The notes below the pieces were generated by a model. It searched no databases. It saw nothing but the letters and a program-made list of their open reading frames with translations, and was not told where the DNA came from. The translations under genes and the position numbers were made by a program. From assembly GCA_043228905.1 (NCBI GenBank), contig JBHGNT010000011.1:17360001-17424000 (forward strand): a stretch of 64,000 bases of DNA, written 5' to 3'. The DNA comes from Azolla caroliniana (lineage: Eukaryota > Plantae > Polypodiophyta). This document shows, in pieces, positions 54,398-64,000 of this stretch (its first letter is position 1; every line of letters starts with the position of its first letter).

Positions 54398-57300
54398 TGT
54401 GCTGCGTGGGGAATATACGCTCGGCCACAACTGAGTTGAACACGCAATGGAAGATAAAATAAAATAGAAATGGAGATTAATACACTTACACATACAACAA
54501 AGAAGACACATGATGTTTACGTGGAAAAACCCTAATCGGGAAAAAACCACAAGAGCCCACAAACTCCAAACAAGATCATTATAAATAAGGGGTGCAACAC
54601 TGTGAGACTCAGAGGCAACGACCTCTAGCTCTAGCTTCGCCAACCGGTGCTTACAACAGAAAATATTTTCTATATTTCTCACTCTCTCTTTGTACAATAA
54701 TAACAACACCAACAACTGCACAAATGATTGCCCTAAGTCATATTTATGCTTATATGACTTTAGAACTATTTATAAATATGGCCATGACAAGCAGACTAAG
54801 AAACATATTGACAGATATGTCCTTGTATCTGGTTCCCACTGGATCCGTCGCATCCGGAGGGACCAAATTCCCAACAAGCTCCCCCTTCACTCCGGCATGG
54901 GATTTCTTGTCAATCCGATCTGTCTCCTACACACGTCCAGCTTGTTGGCTGATAGAACCTTGGTCAACATGACAGGCCCGTTCTCCTCCGTATGGGTAGT
55001 TGGACGGCGACGCATGTCCCTCATCTTCGACTTCCACACTGGGTAGTTGGAGCTGGTGAGCTTGAAAATGCTTCCGAATGATTCTTCCATTTTCGTCAAG
55101 GTTTAGAACCTTCGCTATGATACCAGTTTGTGCGGAATAGACGCTCGGCCACAACCGAGCTGAACACTCAATGGAAGATGAAATAAAATAGAAATGGAGA
55201 TTAATACACTTACACATACAACAGAGAGGACACATGATGTTTACGTGGAAAAACCCTAATCGGGAAAAAATCATCGGAGCCCACAAACTCCAAACAAGAT
55301 CACTATAGATAAGGGGTACAACACTGTGAGACTCAGAGGCATCAACCTCGACCTTTAGCTTCGCCAACAGGTGGTTAAAACAGAAAATACTTTCTGTATC
55401 TTCCCCTCTCTCTCTGTCTCTCTCTATACAATAATAACAACGCCAACAACTGCACAAAGTGATTGCCCTAAGTCATATTTATACTTATATGACTTTAGGA
55501 CTATTTACAAATATGGCCATAACAGGCACACTAGAAACATATTTACAAATATGTCCCTAGATCCGGTTCCAACCGGATCCATCGCATCTTAATCCCATCC
55601 GGAGGGACCGAATTGTAAAAGAAGAGCGTGCGGAAGCAATAGAAAACCGAAAATAGAAACACATGTTTAATGGAGAGCTTAGAATATACATAGTATGCGG
55701 GAGAGACAAAGAGAGAGCAGAACAAGTTAAATCTATTTCAAAACAATAATAGTTCTCTGTTCAAAATAACTCTTCAAAAACTCTGTACATACAGCATGCT
55801 CAATAGCACTATTTATACAAGTCCTAAGAGGACTGACAAAAGTACCGCGTACTTCAATGCTCACTCGAGTGTCTAACACTAACTACGAGACTATTAACTA
55901 CCTAATAGTCTAGGCTACTACTAGGCTTCCGGTTGTTGTCCGATCTAGCCAACCGGCTCCCCAGCTCACCGGCTCGTTTCACTCACCGGGTGCTCACCGG
56001 CTTGCCGAACTATCTCGCTCACCGGCTCAGGCTTATTCAGCTGATCCGGCTCTAGTTGAGCTTGCCGCTCAACACTCCCCCTCAAGCTTAACTTGAGGTC
56101 GGATCGCGGTGTCTGTGTCTGTGGTAGCCGGTCCTTCCACTCGACTCGTCCTGGCATCGCTCCGCCTCGCTGTTGTGATTCTGGCGCTTGCCGACTCTCC
56201 TGTTCTTTCGTGTTGGCGTCAACATCTGCTGCCTTCTCGTTTGCTTGGCCTTAAATTGATCCGGTTCATCCGAATCTGTTTGTTGATCCGAATCGGTTGT
56301 ATCTGACTCGTTCCAGCTCTTGTCCGAATCGGTATCCTCCGATTCGTCTTCCGGTTCCAGGCCCTTCACCACATCGGACCATGTCCGGGTCTTGGCCTTC
56401 TTCTTCCGGTCGGCTCTGTCCTTCTTGACTCTGCCGCCACTGCCGCTTGTTCTGACTTGTTTAGATGTGTCAACTTCCTTTGTCGACTCGGCTCCTTTCT
56501 TCTTCTTATCTCTCCCTCTGTCGGTTCTTCCCTTACCGGCGCAATCGACAGTCTCTTTGCCTTTGCCCGTTCCGGTGTCTTTGCCTTTGCCCGTTCTCCC
56601 CCTCAAGTGTGGCACGTCGAGATGCTGAACACCAAGCATTTCGGTGAAGGGCTACAACTTGTCCAATCCGAGCGGTTTGGTGAAGATGTTGGCAACTTGC
56701 CGATCCGTATGAACATACTGAAGTTCAATTTCGCCGCTCAGGACACGTTCACGCACGAAGTGGTAGTGCACTTCTATGTGCTTTGTGCGAGCATGGAATA
56801 CGGGGTTCTTGGCGAGCTGCATGTTGCTTATGTTGTCGCAGTAGATCAGGATCGGGGTCGGCACCTCGATCCGCAGGTATTGCAGCAGTTGCCGAAGCCA
56901 AATGGCTTCACAAGTGGCAACGGTAGCGCCCTGGTATTCAGTCTCAATGCTCGAAAGGACCACCGTTGGTTGCTTTTTGTTGCTCCATGCAACAACCGTG
57001 CTACCAAGGGAAAACATATATCCGGAAGTGGATCGGCGATCCGATGCATCGCCGGCCCAGTCGGCATCAGTGTAGCCAACTAGCTCTTCGGTTATACCAT
57101 GTCGGTATAACAGTCCCCGGTCCTTTGTGCCGCTCACATATCACAAAATTCGATGCGTGCACAGAAGGTGCTCCACGGTCGGCTTCTACATATATTGGCT
57201 GATCACACCGACTAGATAACTGATGTCGGGTCGGGTGATTGTCAAATATATAAGGCTTCTGACGATTTGTCAGAACCACTTCTCATCGCAGGCCAGTCCG

Positions 57301-60300
57301 GAGTCGGGACAGAGCTTCTGGTTCCGGTCCAGGGGTGTGGAGATCGGTTGGCATTCCGTCATGCCGAACTTGTACAACATATTCAACACATAGTGACTTT
57401 GTGAGAGCAATATGCCGTCGAGGGTTCGGATCACCTTGATCCCAAGGAAATAGTGAAGGTCTCCCAGGTCCTTCATCTCAAATGCGTCCGACAACTGGGA
57501 CTTGACTCAGCTGATTTCATCAAGTCCGGGTCCGATGATGACTAGATCATCAACATACAACAAAATGCAAACCGGACCGTCCGGACCTTGCAGGATGAAC
57601 AACGAAGAGTCAGACTTGGAGGCCGCAAACCCCATTTTTGCAACCGGTGCGTGATCTTCGCATTCCAAGCTCTGGGGGCTTGCTTCAGGACATAAAGTGA
57701 CTTCTTCAACCAGCATACCACCGACTTGTGCATCGCGGACTTGAAATTGGGGGGTTGGGTCATAAAGACCTCTTCTTCAAGGTCACCTTGAAGAAATGCA
57801 TTCTTCACGTCCATCTGGTGAAGATGTCACCCCCTTGCCACAACAACCGCTAGCACCACACAAACCGTCATCATCTTCGCTACCGGAGCAAAGGTCTCAT
57901 CGTAGTCGATTCTGTGGGTCTGCGCTTATCCCTTCGCCACTAACCGGGCCTTGTATCGATTAACCGAACCGTCGGCATTGTACTTTACCTTGTACACCCA
58001 GTTACATCCGATCAGTTTACAGTGACAGGGAGGGTCAACTAGGTCCCATGTGTCGTTAGCATTGAGTGCCCGCATTTCTTCCTCCATAGCGGCACGCCAA
58101 TTTGCATCCTTTGCCACTTCTGTGTAACTCTCCGGCTCACGAACTTCCACCACCTTGGTCATGTACACATAGTGATGCACCATGTACTCATTGTACCCAT
58201 ACCGCGTCACGGGGTTCTTCTAGTGGGAAGACCGGCGTAACTTGGAATTACCCGGTTTGGGGCCCTTCTTGGCCGGTTCGGTCTTCGTTGCCGAAGATCT
58301 GCCTTCGTCCTTTCCGAAGTCGGATTCGCTCCAATCCGACTCAACGTTTCCTTGCGTGGGGAGAGCATGCGAGAGTCTCCACTACTCGTTGGTTCCTCAT
58401 CTGACTGGTCATCCAGACTCTACCGCTCATTCGGTCCACTTAACCGAAATGAGATCGGACTCTCTTCTAGAATGCCGATGTCTTCATCTTCTAACTGGAC
58501 CAGTTCAAGTTCACTAGCCTCATCCTCCGGTATCGGGTCTGGGTCGGAAGTCGAAGTCGGTAAGGCATACCATGATGTTGTCTCATCAAACTCAACATCC
58601 CGGCTAACCCAGACCTGCTTCGTTCGGGGGTTATAACACTTATACCCCTTTCGCTCATGCGAGTAACCGACCAGGATGCATTTCTCCGATTTTGCATCCA
58701 ACTTCCTCCGCTTCTCATCCGGCACGTGCACATATGCAATGCTACCAAATATCCGAAGGTGTCTCAAATTCGGCTTGCGCCCTAAGTACAGCTCATGCAC
58801 GAATACCTTGTCACCAATCTGGTTTTGGACGTAGACAATCATTCGGACCGCCTCAGCCCAGTAGAAATGGGGCATGCTCTTCTCCTCCAGCATTGCCCTT
58901 GCCACATCGACAAACGACCAGTTCTTCCTTTCGGCCACACCGTTTTGCTCCGGTGTATATCTGCAGCTGAACTCTCTCTGAATTCCTCTTTGCTGTAGAT
59001 AATTGTTGAATTGGCCGGAAAAATATTCTTTTCCGCCATCCGACTGCAGGCACTTGATCTTCCTCTCCATTTCCCTTTCAACTAGGCTTTACAAGTTCCG
59101 GAAACACTCGAAGACTTCTCTCTTCCGCTCAATGAGGTAGATCCATGTGTGCCGATTGTAGTCATCGATGAAGGAGACGAAATATCGACTCCCGCCAAGA
59201 CTCACGTTCTATGCTGGTCCCCATACATTTGAATGAATAAGGTTGAGCTTGTTACGGCCACGGTTTCGTTCGGTGGGGAATGGAAGCTGGTGTTGCTTCC
59301 CGAATTGGCAGGCTTCACATATTTGGGCCTTCTGGCCACTGAACTTTGGCAAACCGAAAACAACTTGTTTCGTTTGCAGGTCTTGAAGCCTCTGGTAATT
59401 GACGTGCCCGATCCGCTTGTGCCAGAGATCAATATCCGATTCAATCCGTTGACGTCATTGGTGTCGAGGATAAACATCCTCCCGTCTCTGCGCCATTGTG
59501 CGATGATTTGGTCCTCTTCCTCAATGAAGCACCCGAAGTGCGTAAACCGCACCTGCATCCCCTGGTCAACAATCTGACCGACTGACACCAGGTTCTTCGT
59601 GATAGTCGGAACGTGTAATACGTTCATCAGCTTCCCCTTCTGTCCGCCATGGCTCAAAGGGACTTCTCCGATATGCACGATTGGGTGAGGAGTGTCGTCT
59701 CCGGTTTTGACAACTCCCGGTTGTTCCGGTTCTCCAAAAAGGAGAACCACTCTTTGTGGCTCGTCATGTGATTCGACGCACCAGAATCAACGTACCATAC
59801 TTCCTCCGATTTGGAAGTGGTCTTCTTCATTGAGTTAGCCTCGTGTTTCATCACCAAGGTTGGCCCTTTACCGGCTTTTCCGGTTTTGGATCCTCCCGAT
59901 CCTTCTACGTAGTGCGAGTATTGCCAGTTCTCTCTACGGCCTTGCCGGATCCGGATCTGTCCGAATCAGCGCGCTTCTTCCAACACTCGCTTTCTCTGTG
60001 GCCCTTTTTACCACAATACCAGCATTCCGTGTCGGCCTTTACTTGCCGCCTTGACTCCCCCTGCTTGTGGAGTCCGGAACTGCTGTTGGCACGTTCTCTG
60101 TGCCTTCGGTCCTGCTCTTGCCGGTCGCTACCATTGCGAGCCGACCCGCCTCGTCCACCACACCCACGGGGCCAATCCGCCTCCGTGTACAACATCTGGT
60201 TGTCGGTGGGTGCACTTGTTGACGCACCGGCGTGGTTCTCCTCTACAAGGAGCATCGACTGTAAGTCAAAAAATGACGGTGTATTCTCCCTTGTACATAC

Positions 60301-61324
60301 CGCCGTTCAGAAAGCTCCGAACCTGGACGCTAGCCCACCAAGGCACACTTGCACCATCTCGTCCTCCTCAACGTTCACATTGACGAAGGTGAGTGAGTCA
60401 CAGATTTCCTTGATTCGGGCCGTGTAATCGGCCACAGGCAGATTTTTCTGTCGGACATTGTTGAGCTCCTTCTTGAGCTGCAGCTTCCTGGCCGTTGTGC
60501 TTGCGGCGAAAACCTTCTTCAGGTTTCCCCAAGCTTCTTTTGGCGTCTTGGCATCTCGGATATGGCTTAGTAGCTGGTCTCCAACACTGGACGCGAAGTA
60601 GTACATCACTCTGCTTGCCGCTTCTTCCCACACTGGGAAATCCTTGTGTGCCGCAACAGGTGTTGTGTCGTTAGCTCCATCGACATAGCTCCAGTAACCA
60701 TGCCCAAGCAGGTACTGGTGCATCTTGTATGACCAAGATGTGTAGTTGGATTTGTCGAGCTTCTCCACCGGGAGCGAGCTAGCCATTCCTCTGTCCATTA
60801 CTTCTCTTCCTGTTCTTACTGGTTGGTTTTCCTTTCAAGCTATGTCGGCTACAGAGGTTCTCAACCCTCACGCTATGATATCATGTAAAAGAATAGCGTG
60901 TGGAAGCAATAGAAAACTGAAAACAGAAACACAGGTTTAATGGAGAGCTTAGAATATACACAGTACGCGGGAGAGATAAAGAGAGAGCAGAACAAGTTAA
61001 ATCTATTTCAAAACAATAATAGTTCTCTGTTCAAAATAACTCTTCAAAAACTCTGTACATATAGCGTGCTCAACAACACTATTTATACAAGTCCTAAGAG
61101 GACTGACAGAAGTACCACGTACTTCAATGCTCACTCGAGCGTCTGACACTAACTACGAGACTATTAACTACCTAGTAGTCTAGGCTACTACCAGGCTTTC
61201 GGTTGCTGTTCGATCTAGCTCACCGAGTGCTCACCGGCTTGCTGAACTATATCGCTCACCAGCTCAGGCTTATTCAGCCGATCCGGCTCTAGTTGAGCTT
61301 GCCGCTCAACACAAATTCCCAACA
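54398..61324 (-). mobile_element. TRIM-like internally deleted derivative related to Copia-1. 3' LTR 54398-54876, internal 54877-55128, 5' LTR 55129-55613 plus 61317-61324 (split by Copia-3).
   Basis: Perfect TSD ATCAT (54393-54397 / 61325-61329). PBS TGGTATCATAGCG and PPT GAAGGGGGAG. The internal ORF fuses the gag start FKLTSSNYPVWKSKMRDM to the pol end HTEENGPVMLTKVL...DVCRRQIGL. Confidence 0.9.
55614..61311 (-). mobile_element. Ty1/Copia LTR retrotransposon (Copia-3), decayed. 5' LTR 60884-61311, 3' LTR 55614-56074.
   Basis: LTRs TGTTGAGCGG...TTTTACA on the minus strand. PBS TGATATCATAGCG; PPT TTGAGGGGGAG; TSD CGAAT/CAAAT. Motifs: gag CWYCGKKGHRESEC, PR WYVDSGASNHM, INT QNGVAERKN, RT LLYVDDL, RH YCDNISN. 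Confidence 0.96.
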
Positions 61325-62211
61325 ATCATAGGGAAAATGTAGATGATAGAAGAATGAACCAATGCATTGAAGGACTCAAAATGATTCACAAATAACCTGA
61401 GGCTAATTTTGCACATTGGTCCCACATATAGTGTTTTAGAATCATGAAGCACACACAAAAAGACCTTTTGTTCACATTTACTTCAACGAGTTAGTGATGG
61501 CAATGTCGGATATTGTGGCAATGATTGAGCTTCCGAGACGTGTGCAAGTCATTACATTTGGTGGGACCAAACTCCCATGTTTGGATTGTTGTGTGGCATG
61601 GCTTGTTCGGGCTTGTTCACGGCAAATGTGTTTGTGTGATTCAACGCTTCCTTGAGGATGGCATGATTGAGTTGGTAGTGATGCTCTTTAAATCATTCAA
61701 GGAGATATTCTTGTACATTCTTGATGAATTTGCCCTTTCGATCATGTTGTCATCCTAGGTTATAACCGTTAGTTAACATCAAACTCCACTTGCTCGAACC
61801 TAAGCAAAACAACATACTTGTCTCATTCTTCGATAATGCAACAAAAATTCGTAGTGCAACAAAAAAAATGATAGTGTCACTATTGTTGATTCCATTATTG
61901 TGATTGAAATGATGTTCTTGTGATCATTGAATCCATTGTACTTGGGGCTAACAATGCACCACTAACATTTCCACTACCGCGAAAACAATTTCATCTCTAC
62001 CACCTTTGAGTATCTACTTCCAACTCATCACCACTCCATAATCATTCACATATGTGTTAAGGGAACAGTAAAATATTCTTTGTTTTAATATCTATGTGAG
62101 TTGAAACACAAACAATATAGAAGATTGGTTGTAGGCCAAATGTATACACGAAACAAGCTCATATTGCAAGTTGTGGAAACTAATATTTATTAGGTGGCAT
62201 AATGCTTAATG

Positions 62212-63860
62212 TTTTTTTCCAAAAAAAATACTACATTAATATTAAGAAAACGCCCTAATGCCATACATACAAGATGTATCTTTTAGTAATGAACCTCTTT
62301 CTTCTAAGGCTTAAATAAATACTTCGATGTAGAGTAGAACCACTCCACCTTATTAGAAATTCATTTTTAAAATATGCCTCTGTCGGCATGAAGCTCCAAT
62401 CACTTGAGCTCCGCTTGTTGTGCATTACCTTTTATATTATCCAATGAACCTCTGAGATTATGCACAATCTCTGTCCAAATTCCATAAATGATTTGAGCCG
62501 ATCTTTTAGTCACATTTTGAAATACCTTCAAACATTGAGCTTTCCAAATATACGAAATTGTGATGCTACTTACCAATTGCCATATTTGAGGTTTGTCAAT
62601 CTCTATTTGTGGATTCAACGGTATCAATGTTTTTGCATCAAACAATGTCTCATAGTAATAGCATCTGCAACCTCCTCTTGTTCATATACATTTGGTTCAT
62701 CTTGTACCGCCGCCTATAATACTGCTCCCCATGTATATACACTGCTTGAGAATATACTAGTATTAACAGTGTTATGATTCGTTTCCATATTTCCATCGCA
62801 AAATCACAACTCCACAAACAATGCTTAGTAGTCTATACTAGATCCATACAAAAGGGGCACATATTGTCTACATTCCCTTTTCACCAACCATTAATTGGTA
62901 TAGCTTTATGAACCAATAACCAACGGAAAAAAACAATTTTCTTACTCATTTTATGGCCCACAACCATTTCCAAAATTGTTTGAGATGTTGTGGAGAATGT
63001 CTCTAGAAGACATTTGTAGTTGGTTATTTCCACAATCTAGCACTTAATATTTGTATACCAATCTTCACATAATATTGAAAAAACGGCACATGTTTTGTAT
63101 GATCTTGAATTCACACCTTCCAATACAATTCTCTAGGATCTCAAGTTAATCTAGATATTGGCTCCTTTCCATAATCCAAATCCTCCAAAAATAATTCATT
63201 TTTTTGTGGATCCGGATCTAAGACCCAATTTGATCCATCATTTGCGTTCACCCTCGCTTATTTATTTAAACAAAAACTAAACAAAGTAGTTTTCTTATGT
63301 GTGAACGTTAACCTACAATCATCCTGTACATAAAAGGTCATACAAACTTCTTTCCCATTATAGGCTTTTACTCCAATCAAAACATCCAATGGAGTAAATA
63401 AACCCATCCACTTCTGTGTAGCAGATCCAATTTGCATTTGAATATTAGAAAGGGCATTTTGTATTGCAGAATACATTATCTTCCCACCCCTTATATTACT
63501 AATCAGTAACATTTGTTGATCTATAGGTTTAAACAGAAATGTTGCCCATGCACCTATAGATTGTGTTGGGTCACGATCTAATTCTACCCATGCACATCTA
63601 GTACGCCTTCCCAACATTTGTCCTCTCTAGTCAGTCAACCATGAATTCCAAATCAGGGGTTGTCTACATGAATTCCAAATCAGGGGTTGCAATCTCTTAA
63701 CTAAATCAAGAGAAACATCTTTCCATGAATGCCTAATGTATTTGTAATATGAAAGGAACCTTAAGGTTGTCCAGCTTGCATAAAAGGGCAAGTGTTTTGA
63801 TGTAAAGATCTAATGTTGGTCCTCATTCTCTCCCCCCTTTGTGTCCATGTAGCCTTTCCT
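62212..63860 (-). mobile_element. 3' portion of a decayed L1-like LINE ORF2
   Basis: Minus-strand QIWQLVSSITISYIWKAQCLKVFQ...IWTEIVHNLR parallels the ORF at 32289-32660. Same terminal signature T(n)CCA(n) on the plus strand. Confidence 0.7.
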
Positions 63861-64000
63861 CACCAAGTAATTGAGATACCTTATATGTCTCTTATCGAAT
63901 AGTGATCTATTTAATTAAAATAAATATATTTCTTCATTTATGTGGTGATTAGTTGTGTGTTAATATTAGTTTAACATCAGAACCCCTCAAGGTTTTTGAT

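Overview
Eukaryotic land-plant genomic DNA (spliceosomal GT-AG introns, plant-type genes, Copia/Gypsy LTR elements). The LTR-element types and an intron-rich ADC suggest a seed-free plant such as a fern, but that is inference. The first ~28 kb holds four host genes: the 3' end of an ANKRD13/GPCR-chaperone-domain gene, a 9-exon arginine decarboxylase that looks more cyanobacterial than the intronless angiosperm ADCs, a 9-exon GPN3 GTPase with a U12-type intron, and a group-V (SHN/ERF003-like) AP2/ERF gene. Their introns and flanks carry LINE remnants, and a hAT-type MITE lies between the first two genes. From ~32 kb the window is a nested TE island: three decayed Ty1/Copia elements, two Ty3/Gypsy pieces both followed by ACGT, a TRIM-like Copia deletion derivative and L1-like LINE ends. 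The most unusual object is at 52.7-54.1 kb (minus strand): a spliced, now pseudogenised, bacterial-type beta-class N4C/N6A DNA amino-methyltransferase inside the TE island. Exon coordinates were derived by hand; family assignments rest on recognised motifs, not database searches.
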